The notes beneath the pieces are model-generated. The model saw only the letters and a list, made by a program, of their open reading frames with translations, did not search any database and was not told the DNA's origin. A stretch of 64,000 bases of DNA from NCBI GenBank assembly GCA_964016885.1, contig OZ024740.1, positions 410,750,001-410,814,000 on the forward strand, written 5' to 3'. The stretch comes from Eledone cirrhosa. Taxonomy: Eukaryota. The translations under genes and the position numbers were made by a program. Every line of letters starts with the position of its first letter. Within the stretch, counting starts at the first letter, position 1. Positions 1 to 12,959 of the stretch are shown piece by piece.

Positions 1-134
1 CACACACACATACACACACACAGCACACACACTCAGGCGCGCGCACACCCACACGCACATACCTATATATATATATATATATACATATATGGGAAATAAT
101 AAAAAAAATGGGTTTCAAAGGCGTACCTTTATAT

Positions 135-196
<62 letters not shown>

Positions 197-311
197 AGTG
201 TCTTTATATTATGTACAAAAATTGATGTCAAAATTGATGTTAGCAAAGCCTGCTTTCTCGGTTTTGGATTATCAAAACATTTCTCATTAGGTTAAATTTT
301 TTTAAAACCCC

Positions 312-462
312 CTACATGCTGATTATCGACCACATGTCCCTCTGAATGTCCGGTCCACACCAAACCCCGACCAATTTAATGATGCTGCTGGACGGCATGG
401 ACATGCCTCTCCATGTGCCGAGCTGCAAGCCTATCGACTTTTCCTGGTTACCGCTTAGTAGA
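312..462 (-). mobile_element. L1/Tx1-like LINE RT C-terminal fragment
   Basis: Translation [15 protein letters not shown]...[14 protein letters not shown] resembles the N.EKS.GL.LG.W...K.LGVWFG motif of Tx1-type ORF2. Flanked by (TA)n. Confidence 0.55.
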
Positions 463-464
463 CC

Positions 465-465
465 A

Positions 466-543
<78 letters not shown>

Positions 544-586
544 CATATATATATACACACACACATATATATATATATATATACAT

Positions 587-635
<49 letters not shown>

Positions 636-699
636 CATACATATATATATATATATACGTCGAAACGGCTTGAGCTCAGCTGTCGGGGTCTTACTGGTT

Positions 700-763
<64 letters not shown>

Positions 764-785
764 AATATATATATATACATATGTG
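465..785. repeat. (TA)n/(CA)n microsatellite block containing half of a palindromic element (658-702)
   Basis: Direct inspection. The 658-702 segment matches the right arm of 24523-24648. Confidence 0.9.
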
Positions 786-829
786 TACGTGTTGTGTTCG
801 TGTGTCTAGATATTGAATTATGTACAAAG

Positions 830-2200
830 AGTATAGGATCTAACAACAATGTATGTCAATCCACACGTTTTTCTATATAAATATCTCATTTCTACGTCGA
901 CAGAAAAAGTTGAATAGCTTGACCTAAGAACCTCATCAGAACATATCTACATCCGTAACAATCTACGATCAAATAAGTAACTAAAATCTTTCTATAAACA
1001 TCAAATGTGGCAGTAACAGTGAACCATATCTGGTAATTGAAATAAGTTTATTGTCTATGTTGTTAGTTAATTTACTTACGAATTAGATAAAAATGTGTAA
1101 ACGAGACATATTTACATACATGAATATATCTTTACACATTTTCGTAGTTTTGTTTACAAATATGAATTTCGCTCAGATTTTCGTGAACGACAGCACACTG
1201 GTGATTAAAATATGAATGTAAATCTTTATAAAATTTAACCTTACGAAATCTTCATTACCTTTGTAACATAGTGTTTTATAAGGCAGCGGTAGCTTCTGAA
1301 AAGAAATACCATACTTATAGAAAGGCAAGCTACTTCTAGACCTCTGCAGCACACTCATGAGTATTTACAATGATACTGTTGTTTACAAGAGGAAATCATA
1401 ATCAGCTATCTCTTCACAGTTATGTTGGTTTTGAAGCTGTGTATTCGGAGCATGTATCACGGATAAAATGGAATACTTGACTTAAAATTCGAATCATCCA
1501 AAATTGCCTGGCACGCAATGGACTGCTTCTTTAATGAATTGGCTTCAAGCTGCATACTGACTCTAGATGGCTGCAGGTCTAGAGGCAACTATAAGGGCTT
1601 CATTTAGTAAATATTGAATTAATTCAATTTATGATCTACAGTCGTAAATTAAATACAAAATAAATATCCTTCCCTTACCACATAAATAATATTAGAAGGT
1701 ACAAAGGTGACACACTTTCTACTTCCATCTGCCAGGAATAAACACTTGTCATTAATAAAACATCATAAATATTTATACAACTTATATTAGATTTAAAATA
1801 AATATAATGCATTAAAATAATCTGGTGTTGTTTATCTTTCTGTGTACAAAGAGTGGGAAATGTTAACATTCATTTTACGGCAAAGCTAATAAAAACTGAA
1901 GTAATATCTATCTTAAATTCACATTAAATATTCTACTATATATCTAACATAAATATTTATTATTTATTTAAGTTGCCAAACATACGAGTATGCATATTAA
2001 GCATATAAAACAGATAATTTAAGCTTTATTATACATCCTACTTGGTGATATACATCCTACTTGGTGATAGAATACAATACTCTTATATAGACGATTATAA
2101 GGTTTAATATCTTCAGATGAGGAGACGAAAATCTCCGAAATTCATAAGAAGATAACTGTTATATATTTATGTGTACAAGGAAATAATGCTTGAATTTCAT
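830..2200 (+). mobile_element. Highly decayed Penelope-like element (GIY-YIG remnant and 3' region)
   Basis: Frameshifted motifs in the expected order: EIPYL (~1302), TVVYK (~1375), YVG (~1421), YSEH (~1443), SKIAWH (~1497). A hammerhead-like motif follows at 2108-2154. Confidence 0.45.
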
Positions 2201-2330
2201 TCTTTTAGCAGTGAGGTACTCTAATTAAAAACGTTCCTCATATATACATTACTTTAATAAAACATCATTTTTATTTTTATTATAGCTTAGATGCATCATA
2301 TTTCATCGGCAAGAAGTACAAAGAGTTAAT

Positions 2331-2628
2331 CTTTTATAAGTTTATTCGTGTTGTGTCTATCTGTGTACTAGACCATTGCTTGTTGAGCCGGCGGCTGAAC
2401 ACTATTTACTATTAGGAATTTAATATCTATCATACAACTGGCAAACTAAAATTGCAAGCCAGAATAATTCATCTAAAATGCTGATTCGTATTTTATAAGT
2501 TTATTCGAGTTGCCTCTATCTGTGTATCCTCTGGCTCAACAACATTTAATATTATACTATTAATATCTATCATACTACTGGCAAACTAAAATCGCAAGCC
2601 AGAATAATTTCTATAAAATGCTGACTCG
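2331..2628. repeat. Imperfect tandem duplication (units of about 160 and 140 bp)
   Basis: ttttataagtttattcg...gcaagccagaataatt...aaaatgctga occurs twice, at ~2332 and ~2491. Confidence 0.85.
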
Positions 2629-2899
2629 CACCAGTTATTATTGTATAAAATCACGTATAGCAGAACATTTTATAAGTGTCTTCTACATAAAATATAACAA
2701 ATTATCAACTTGAGAAGGCGATGGTTAGCACAATCATTAGTGAGACAGATTATATTTACTTAACCCTATTTCGATATTGTTGCTGCTGTTGTTAACAACG
2801 AATCTGCGCACAGCAGATAGCCATATGACCGGAGACAATGAAATCATGGCGATACCATCTTTCTTTTTCAGAGGGCATGCAATCCGTTTGCGGTATCAC

Positions 2900-3200
2900 A
2901 TTATTTTATTTATTTTATTCTGCTACTAAATTCAGACTGTATCCACACTAAGGTACTTTATTGATGTGCTGGATCATATCGACACCAAAACTCTTTTTAA
3001 CAAGCACTGCAACGTTCATGAGTACTGCTTCTTCTCTTTCCAGACCAATATGTCTGTTTTATTTAACATAACTGCCGCACTGAGCAGTCGGAAACAAGCA
3101 TAACCTTTACAAGCCAGTAGTATCCACCATAAAATATGCTCCTTGTTCCCATATGCCTATATATTAAGAAACTAGATTCGTATATAACTCCAATAAAGTC
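2900..3200 (-). mobile_element. Decayed RLE-type non-LTR retrotransposon endonuclease fragment
   Basis: The minus strand reads TDILVWKEKK then, frameshifted, AVLMNVAVL, resembling the PDI.V.....IIDVAVP motif. Confidence 0.35.
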
Positions 3201-4107
3201 TTGAAGTCTTCAATCGACAATATTACCCTCATGACAGTATAACTACAATACTAACAATATTGATTTTACAATAACTCGATATCCATATCATTATAACCAA
3301 ATTGTCATGAAAGAGGAAACAAATTTACATTTGCAATGTTATTTTTAATTACTTATCAAGAGGATAATCATAAATGTTACATACTTATTAGTGGTGATTT
3401 TTAATGTTCAATGAATATTTTAAAATGTTACTAAAACAAAGAAAGAAAAAGCAGATGATGAAGACTGAAATACGAACTAGCTTAACACTATTAGAATAAA
3501 AAGCATATTATAATTGATAATCAGAAGCAACTCTTGGGGGAAACTCTTAGAAAAAGATGATATAACAGAATCGTGTAGTTCTGTTTAAATGTAATCAATT
3601 AATCGTAACTTCCATTGTAAAATACTAAGTAGCTATCTTTGACAATTAATCATGCAATTACAAAACATATATAAATGTATAATACACCCCACATCCCTAC
3701 ACATATATTCATTAAGGCATTATCAACCAAACGTTGTTTATGTAATTCTGTTGCATATAGCACTCTATTGTATGATAGCGCACCTGAACCACAAGCTAGC
3801 AAATTACTGAACGTATTTGAAATGCTCGGATTTCATATACATGAGTGTTATAACAGCAATTCAAACTGTTTCCTTGGGCAAATGAATATGACACATTCTC
3901 ATCAGTTGATCATGCATTTCAACAAGACACCACACCAACTCATTACAATATCACACATGCAACAACAATAAAGAGAAAAAAATATGAGTTGATAGCAATT
4001 TCATATAAAATAAGGAGAGTAATTATAAAGGTTTTACTGTTGTTAAAATATAAACCAGAATATCAACACACACATAAAGATCTAATACGAAAATATGGAA
4101 AATAGTT

Positions 4108-4481
4108 AATGATTGTTTCTACTTTTGGCACAAGGCCAGCAAATTACCGAGTACATTACTGGTACTTTATTTTATCGACCCCATAAGAATGAAAGGCAAA
4201 GTTAACCTCGCTAGGATTTGAACTCAGACCATAAAGGGTCATAACTCTTTGCTGCAAAGCATGGCGTCAGACCCATTACCGATATTGCCAATCCACCTCC
4301 CCTTTATTTATTTTATTATGCAAATAATAGTTAATAATTGTTTCTACTTTTGGCACAAGGCCAACAATTACCTAGTACATTACTGGTACAAAGTTAACCT
4401 CGGCGGGATTTGAACTCAGACTGTAAAGGGACGTAACTGTGCTAGAAAGCATGGCGTCCAACCCTCTACCGATACTGCCAA
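4108..4481 (-). mobile_element. Two tandem copies of the major tRNA-derived SINE
   Basis: Copies at ~4108-4300 and ~4333-4481 (second internally deleted). Both have A box TGGCAG/ATATCGG, B box GAGTTCAAATCC and an AT-rich tail. Confidence 0.9.
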
Positions 4482-4654
4482 GTTAATAATGAAGATCAAT
4501 CTTGAACAATCTTGTGTTTTTAATATTACACGTTTGAAAGAATAGCTATTCTATAGTTACGCACAGACAGTGACACTCAAATGCACACATTGCACACATG
4601 CATTCTGTCGTTCTCTCTCACACACACACAGACACAGACACACACACACACATA

Positions 4655-6913
4655 TCTTATATATAAAGTGAAGTTGGGCATTGTTTGTTTGTTTGGTGTC
4701 CCGAAGTTTCAGCCTACACCGTTCATCCGATTTTCATGAAATTTGACACACATATACAACTCGACCCGTAGATTGGAATATGCTACTTGAAATTTTCGAA
4801 AAATTCGATAATCGGAGCACAGAAGCTAAAGATCGATATTTTCGAATACCATCCGATTTCGATGAAACTCGACGCAAGTGTGTATTTTGATCCTGGGAAG
4901 AACATGGGCTACAGTAAATTTTCGAAAAATCGATAATTGGATCAGCAGAGGCAAAAATCCGGCAACCGAAAAACGCCATTATTCTTGTTTCCATTTGTCG
5001 CGACTCCCGCCATGAAAAAAACGTTCAATCTATCTGGATTATCCACCGTAAGTCTCTTTAAATTAACGCTCACCATATTCAGAAAACCTTTTATGCCGAT
5101 TCTTCCATTTCTTATATAAGGACTATCATCATCCTGTATTGCGCCCAGTTTTCTCAAGCGATCATCGAACCTCCATGCGCTCTCTTCATTCCCGTGGTCC
5201 CACTACCGTAGCATAATGAGGCATCCGTCAACCCCTGCCCTCTTCTTCTCTGTACGCCGTCGACCCACTGCATCGTTGTGCATCACCATGCGCATTTCTG
5301 CCTTGTCAGCCGCAATTCATTCCCCGGCCCTTTCCAATGCCTGCCTTCCGTGGTCCCTAAGGACTGCCACGGCACAACATGCCGAATCCACCGTCCACCC
5401 GTGCCCATTTCCATTGCCTACACTCCGGGAGAGCTTAAGACTTCCATGCCTGACAAAACCGCATCCCTGCCACCGTCAAACCCTGCCATCTCCTTTCCCT
5501 GCATGCCTTCGACCCACTGCATCGTTATGCCTCACCATGCCGCATCAATTTTCTGTCAGTCGCCATCCCCTCCTCGGTCCTTTCTTTTACCTGCCCGCAG
5601 TGCTCCTTCAAGACTGCCATGGCTCACCATGCGGCATCCTTGCCACCATCCACCCCTGCTCTCTTCCTTGCCTGCTGGCCGTCGTCCTACTGCATCGTCA
5701 TGCCTCAGGATGCCGCATCCATGCACTGTCAGCCACCATCCCTTCCTAGGCCCTTTCTTTTACCTGACCGCCGTGCTCCTTCAAGACTCCCATGGCTATC
5801 TATGGCGCATGAATTCCTTGCCACCCGCTTAAACGTCCTCAGCATGGCTTATTGTTGCCCCATTTGACCACCTATTTTCGCAGGCTAAACACAATACCAG
5901 CGTGCATGATAGTCCATGGTAAATCTTTTTAATTACATGTTCATCATGCTAAGCAAAGGATGAATAGCAACTCTTTCATTTCTCCTGACATGCCTTTCTG
6001 TCAATTATGGCCGAGAAGCATCCTGTGTAGCATCGGGTCTTCTCAAGAGATCAGCGTGCCTTCCACTGTCCTCACAATTGACTCACAACGCCGCATCTAT
6101 TCCATGCGACGCCCCTAAACATCATCAGCATGGCTTAATTTTCTGCCGCGTTTAACCGGCCCTCATTCAAGGCCATAAACAATAAAACCGCACGATGATG
6201 CTGCGTAAGTCTATTTAAATTAATGGTCAACATGTTGAGTAAAACTTCCTCTTCACCCCCAAGGCCTATCCATTACATCTTAGAGGTCGGGATTCGCAAT
6301 TTCTACGATTTCAATATTGACACAACAGTCCGTCAGGTTTTTCGGCACATGTTGCTCCGATAGGAATATGAACGCGATTTTCACTTAATTCGTAAGTGTT
6401 CAGTCTTCCGTATGCTTTTACTTTTTATTGATACAACATCAACTACAATCATCTAACTTCATTTTGTAGGCTAGACGCGAATCACAAGGAAAACAATCCT
6501 CTGATATACAACCCCACCAAATTCTTTGGTCTACCTAGATTTCAATTGCTATATTCTTTGCTTTTGTACGGTTGTACATTTGACAATGTCGCAAAACATT
6601 ATTCCACTTGATTCTTACCTTTCAGCTATGAATTGGGCAGTGCCTTAAAATCCCGGTTTATTTGCGTGCAATTTTTTGATATCTTATGAATGGAGAATCA
6701 AAAACCCTTTTTCTCATAACCTGATACATGCGTACACATGCTTCATGGATGTTTGTGGACTATTTTTTCAAAATACCAATATCACAGATTTGAGCACAAA
6801 AAGAAACGTTTGTTCTTCATTTATTTCGGTTAAAGCATCCTGCTAGAATTTAGCGCATACCCCTTTAAATCCAGCGCCGTATAACCCCGAGTGTAACCGG
6901 GTACACCAGCTAG
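4655..6913 (+). mobile_element. Non-autonomous Helitron
   Basis: 5' A|TCTTATATATAAAG followed by (TTTG)n. The 3' end has a short GC hairpin (cccg/cggg, 6886-6901) about 8 nt before CTAG (6910-6913). Confidence 0.7.
5170..6135. repeat. GC-rich imperfect minisatellite inside the Helitron
   Basis: Recurring blocks actgcatcgt...tgtcag(c/t)c...ctttc...aagactgccatggc at ~5266, ~5516 and ~5689. Confidence 0.75.
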
Positions 6914-6914
6914 A

Positions 6915-7368
6915 AAGACAAATGGAAACATTGTTTCCTCGGTCCGATTTGACGAAAGACGATTTAGTTCCACAACAAATTAACAAACCATACTTGAAGA
7001 CACGTTGAGACTGTTGCAAAGGGCAATAAGCCTAGACACAATTTTGATCAATTTTTATTCTTATTTTGTTTCTTGTAAATAATTAAAAAAAAAATATCAA
7101 TTCAAAACTTTTGTGAATAGGCATCGTATCTTGTCATTTACCTATGGCTTAAATTTCATATAAAGCGGAGGGAAAATATTTTCAGCAGGGGTTTGAGCCC
7201 CCGGGAACCCCTTGATTAAAATGAAATATACTTATCCAAGTACTCTAGGCTATGTAGTTTCAGAATATATATGGTTATGGGGGTCTATCTCCAAAAACCA
7301 CAGGAGGAGTTCGTGAACAAACAAAGAAACAAACAAACAGACAGGAACTACAACTTTATATATATAGA
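6915..7368 (-). mobile_element. Second Helitron-like 5' terminus, oriented toward the 3' end of the first
   Basis: The minus strand starts A|TCTATATATATAAAGTTGTAGTTCCTGTCTGTTTGTTT. No clear 3' terminus seen. Confidence 0.5.
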
Positions 7369-7786
7369 TATATATCGTAATACTCCATTAGCATCTTTTA
7401 TAAGATCGTTTCAATGTTGCTTAACCTGTTACTGGCGGAATTGTCACATCATTTCATCTGTGAAACAAACTAAAAAAGAACATAGCTACAATCATTTGTG
7501 TAACCATCACTTATATGGGGTTTATAAAAGTACATAGTAATAAAATGAAATAAATAGATACATTTCATTTTCTTTAAGCAAATAAAAAGATCTATTCAAT
7601 TGAGGTGGATAAAAAAGTGACAAATCATAAATATATTCATATGGAAATTTGCACAGATTTAAACAAAATATAAATGACTATATATATAAGTAATACTTAG
7701 GTTAGTAGGAGTTAGGTATTATATACCCGTGTCCCGGTAAGGTATTGGCAGCATAATAATTAGCTCTATGCTTTGGAGCAGAGCCG

Positions 7787-8403
7787 TATATATGAAAAAG
7801 AACACAAGAGCGTCTACAACATCAAAAGATTTTTATTGGCTAACAATGTTTCTTCCTTACGTGTAACCGTAGGATTCATCAGAGCTATAAAAGGGGTTTG
7901 ATTGGTGTTATGGACTCTACCAACCAAACACCCAAGAACAAAGAGTAAAGAGAGTAAAGAGCAAAAGTAGGGGACGATAAGTCTAATTTTGGTGCGGGAG
8001 GGTGGGGTGTTGGTCCTTGTTTACTAGCTGCGGTCATATTCATTCCCGGGGGTCGGGTGGTTAGCTGAACCATAGATGGGGTGGCGTGGATAGTATGGTG
8101 CAGAGGGTGCGCAGAGGCTACACAAACACAAAGGGCGTAGAATACATATATACATATAGCGGAGGAGAAGGTACATGAGGTAATTAGAAATGGAAAAAGA
8201 GTAATAATAATACTCTATAATTAATAGTGTATAATAAGGCATGGGGAAGATTACACTATAATAAGGTATAAAGGTAAGAATAAGGTAAAATATAAAGGAG
8301 GATAAAAGTGCAAATAATAATAAAGATACAAAAAGGAAGAAACATTGTTAGCCAATAAAAATCTTTTGATGTTGTAGACGCTCTTGTGTTCTTTTTCATA
8401 TAT
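7787..8403 (-). mobile_element. PLE-type terminal remnant with 70 bp inverted repeat
   Basis: 7787-7858 is the near-exact reverse complement of 8333-8403. The left arm overlaps a hammerhead motif. Confidence 0.6.
7839..7885 (-). ncRNA. Type I hammerhead ribozyme motif (core intact, stem II closing pair mismatched)
   Basis: The minus strand reads gct CTGATGA atcctacg gttaca cgtaaggaa GAAA cattg TT agc. Confidence 0.6.
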
Positions 8404-8419
8404 ATATAAGTATGCATGC

Positions 8420-8953
8420 GTACATACATATATGTATACAGACGTACAGTAGTATGTACATATATACATACTTGCACACATATACATATATGTACGTATG
8501 GGTTTACCGAACATTTATTATAATGTTCGGTTTGTTTGTAAATAAACAGCCCGAATTAAGCCGTACAGTGTTCGGCAACCATCGTCGCCCTTTTGTTCAA
8601 CACTGACAAAGGAACGATGAACTAGTTTCAAGCTTATTAGCTATCGTTAGCATCGTATACCTTCCTGTCAGATGATTGAACGTTTGAAAGTATATACTTT
8701 CCTTATGCATATTAACGGCTGAGCAGCCTAATTTGCATATCGAGTGAGTTAGTCGGCCGGGCATACCGAGAACGATAAATGGAAAAGAATGAAATGAAAT
8801 TTCATTTCTCACTCTTAGTACGGCTGATACTTAAATATAAGTGTGTATACGTACACACATAAATGTATACAGACGTACAGTAGTATGTATATATATATAC
8901 ATGCATACATATATATATATGTACGTATGGGTTTACCGAACATTTATTATAAT
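8420..8953. repeat. About 105 bp direct repeats flanking ~325 bp
   Basis: atgtatacagacgtacagtagtatgta...atgtacgtatgggtttaccgaacatttattataat at ~8420-8524 and ~8850-8953. Confidence 0.85.
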
Positions 8954-9157
8954 ATATATATATCAATACTTGAAACCGATCTATAAAAGAGTAAGTGAAC
9001 AATAAAATTATGGAATTATACATAAGCATTTATAAATAAAATTGTAAAATAAAAATAAAAGGTCAAAAATCATGAACTCCTCAAGGAATCGGTGAGAGAA
9101 TCAATATTGTGAGAAATCTAGTGAGATACATGTGATTATGCTCATTATTTAATTGGT

Positions 9158-9546
9158 CACGAGTTCAAATCCTGTCGAGGTTAGCTTTGCCTTTCATCCG
9201 TGCGAGGTCGATTTAATAGACCCCCCCCCCCTAAAAAAAAAAAAAATTACTGGCCTTGTGCCTAAATTCGGAACCATTCTTTAATTAGTTATAATATATA
9301 CACATTCATGATATGCAGCTGCTCTTTGTAATGCTTCTGGCTAAGTCTGAAATATTACAGTATATTTTATCTATACCTAAGCCTGCATACACATATCTCA
9401 ATATATATATATATATATACACAAGCCCACGCGAAAATATATATATCGGTTCACCAACAAACACATAAACATACAGGCACATATAGACACATATAGACAC
9501 ACATAGACACACATAGACACACATAAACACACATAGACACACATAG

Positions 9547-9586
<40 letters not shown>

Positions 9587-9917
9587 ACACAGACACACAC
9601 TCGCACACACACACACACACATACACACACACACACGCACACACCTATATATATACGAAATATTGTTAAGAGAGAGTTACCTTTACATAACTCTTATATT
9701 TGGTGAGGGTCTCATGTTGTCCTTATATTGCTAGAAATAATGATTTCTAGTATAGACACAAGGCCAGTAATTAAATCGATTAAATCGACCCCACTACGTT
9801 ACTGGTGCTTTATTGTATCGATCCCTTAAGGATGAAAGGCGGGATGTGTACTCAGACCGCAAAGGGCTGTAACTCTATGCTGCAAAGTATAGTGTCCGAA
9901 TCTCTACCGATACTGTC
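9158..9917. mobile_element. Two older SINE fragments (9158-9278 +, 9750-9917 -) around a (CA)n/(CACATAGA)n tract
   Basis: B box and ctttgcctttcatcc core are recognisable in both. Confidence 0.7.
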
Positions 9918-10337
9918 CTTTATTGCCAGAAACAATAATAAAACAGACTTACTGTTTGATTTGCCGTTCGTTTCAGCTCATTATATATTTATATTTCTAT
10001 AAATAATCTAGCTGGCAATTAATGTTTATCATTGATTGACCAAAAGTTAAAATTATTAATATAAATATATTTTCTCAAAGATTCTCAAAGTTCCTTCGTC
10101 ACATGACATCTTCAGTGATTTCCTCCCTTTGTGTTTCTATAACGTTTTATTTGGTTGTCTCTGTTCAGGCATGCGTTTCTGTGCGTGTATTCTGTTTGAT
10201 GTCTGCTCGTGTGTTCATGTCGGAGTCTGCGTGTGTTTTTGTGTTTATATTCTATCTTTGTTCCCTAGTTTCTGTTTTTGTTTGTTATTTATTGAATATA
10301 AAAAGATGCAATAACAACACCCACACACAAACAAACA

Positions 10338-11887
10338 CTAGTCATCCACAAACAGCATTTCTCTGATGAGAGCCTGGTGAATCTTGGATTTCGCTTTCAG
10401 CCTTGACAGACTAAACAGCTTCCCGCCTGGTCTGCTGTGTAGGTAAACACCTTCAGTTGACTTTCCAAATGCATGTTTTAGCATAACTGCGGAAAGTTGC
10501 CAAACAGCGTGAAGGCCAGCACACAGTCCTGCTTCAAACCGCTGCATATGGTAAATGCCTCCGAGGGAGAACCATCAATTCGAACGATACCTTTCACATC
10601 TGCTTGAAACGACTGGACTATCCTAAGGAATCTTGGAGGACAACCAATCCTGGCAAAGATTGTGAACAGGCTGTCTCTACTAACTAGATCGAATGCCTTT
10701 ATGAGGTCGATGACGGTGATGTAGAGTGGTTGTCCTTGCTCTTGGCACTTCTCTTGTAGCTGTCAAAGGGAGAAGATCATGTCGATGGTGGAGCGTTCTA
10801 GCCTGAAACCACACTGAGGTTCGGGGTATACCCTCTCACCGATTCTGTAGTCTATTCAAAACCGTGCGCCCAATGACCTTCCCAACAATGCTGAGCAGCG
10901 ACATGCCTCGGTAGCTACTGCAGTTGCTTCTGTCCCCTTTGTTCTTATAGAGGGTGACAATGTTACAGTCTCTCATGTCTTACGAAACTGTTCCCTCGTC
11001 CCAGCGCCGACACAGTAGTTTCAGTAAGTGGCCAAGCAGCAGTCCCTTTGCATACATGATGACCTCTGGGAGGAATGCCGTCAGATCCTGGTGCCTTCCC
11101 TACAGGTAGGCCATCAATGGCTCTCCACAGTTCTTCAGCAGTCGGAAATGCATCTAGTTCCTATATGACGGGTAGGTGTTCCACCGTGTCTAGATACTGT
11201 TTTACTTGCCGTAGAGTTCGGAGTGTCTAGATACTGTTTTACTTGCCGTAGAGTTCGGAGTAATATTCCATTCATCTCTGCAACTGTTCTCTTTAGCCTT
11301 TGATGATCTCACTTGTTCTGGATTTGAGTAGAGCTGTCTTGTTCTGGAATGGGATGATAGATCTTTTTCATGCCCTCATACATTCCCCGTATGTTACTTG
11401 TGTCAAATGACCGCTGGTTGTCTTCGCATAGCTGTAACCAGTAGTCATTTGCATAGCATCTCGTAATCTTTTGTATCTTGTTCCTTGTTGATCTCAATGC
11501 TTGTAGCATTGCCCTGGTGGGTTAGTGTTTGTGTTTCAACAGGACAGCGCGCTTCTCCTCCACGGTCCCTTTGTATTTATTTACATCTATCATCCTTCGC
11601 TTCTTCCCACAGGTCTTCAATGTAGTGACATGGATGTTGTCTCTGAGAAAGTCCTAAGATAGTGGAGTTTGCTTTCTCTTAGATGGACTGCCCGCCTAGG
11701 CTGACGAGTTCCATTTACCCCTTCTCCTGCGAGTAGGGACAGATCCACCTGGCTTACACTTTACGCCTCACTAGAAGGTCAGGAGATGGACTTGGTTGCC
11801 AGAGACTATTTGAGACGCATGGCGCGAGGAGGATTTTTTAAACAGTGCAAGCTCAACCCCACTGCCAGCCCTCTGCCTAGCAACCTT
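10338..11887 (-). mobile_element. RTE-clade LINE relic (5' UTR, deleted endonuclease, RT up to the YxDD-equivalent)
   Basis: The minus strand gives GDRSNCSSYRGMSLLSIVGKV, PEPQCGFR.ERSTIDMIF, IDLIKAFDLV and IREMLFVDD, with stops and frameshifts. There is a 37 bp tandem duplication at 11186-11259. Confidence 0.9.
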
Positions 11888-12794
11888 ATATATGTTATAC
11901 ATGCCTCATCTCATAATGGTACAGAAGGAAATCTGTTTGTTTACAAGTTAAAGTAAAGTCTCAACTGAGTAAATATACTGGCCAGATAAGCAAAGTTTTA
12001 GATTCTACATTCGGTATAGCATGTACTAATTTATAATTTAAATCGAGGACTATATTTTGTGACACAAAACAATTTCAAGTCAAACACTATTTAGTTCTCT
12101 ACGTCTATTGCCAGTCTGAAAAAAATATTCCATTCTTCTTAAGTTAAATAGAGATGCATATTCTATTTAACATTTCACATACAATTGCTTCTTATTCAAC
12201 CTATATACGGAATTCTATTTCACCTATTTGTGAGTAATGTATTTCGCCATTTTAAATCACCTGAAGTGACATTAAACGAAAATGTTGAAATGTACAACTT
12301 TTTATTACACAAAATTCTATTTGTTTATGAATTCTTTAAATTTTCAATTATATTTGTATATACATCATTTTAGTTTTATAACGCGATTGAAAATATGAAA
12401 AATAGTTTAGAATTCCATGGCGCTGAATTCCAACGTTGATATATAGCAAATGATTGTATTTCATAGAATGGTTCTAACGTTATCTGGCCTACTTAATGTA
12501 TTCTATTTGTATGGCATCTCTGACATGTTTCCAGGTATTGGAAAAGAAATGTGTGAAGCTATTACATTGCTACCACAACAATGTCACCACCATCACTACT
12601 CCCTTACGACGACGGGGATGATCATAATCAAACAACAACAGCAACAACAAGATGACTAATATATTTCTTGGTTTATATTCGCTTTTCTTGTTCTTTTCTT
12701 TATTTCGCTTTTCTGGTTCTTTTCTTTATGTCGCTTTTCTTGTTCTTTTCTTGTAGTTGTCAGTGATATTAGTGTTGTAGTTCTTCGCCATTCA

Positions 12795-12876
<82 letters not shown>

Positions 12877-12881
12877 CACCG

Positions 12882-12959
<78 letters not shown>
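12795..12959. repeat. (CTA)n/(CCA)n trinucleotide microsatellite
   Basis: Direct inspection. Confidence 0.95.

Noticed and set aside
89-827. ORFs with (YI)n, (HT)n, (CV)n or (MYVC)n runs here and throughout the window
   Set aside because: They are translations of (TA)n, (CA)n and (TATG)n microsatellites, which lack stop codons.
1680-1729. Minus-strand 50 bp segment bounded by an acceptor (cctggcag) and a donor (gtaagg)
   Set aside because: It is isolated, lies within a probable PLE relic, and has no recognisable product or partner exons.
5216-5867. Overlapping 177 and 184 aa Pro/Cys/His-rich ORFs
   Set aside because: They come from the GC-rich minisatellite, are open in several frames and show no domain motif.
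10363-10380. CTGATGAG hammerhead-like core (also at 30019)
   Set aside because: No stem II plus GAAA follows. The first is simply antisense to RTE RT coding sequence.
12225-12251. Minus-strand MAKYI start resembling a Pam16 N-terminus
   Set aside because: A stop occurs at codon 9 with no usable donor before it, and no further exons were found.
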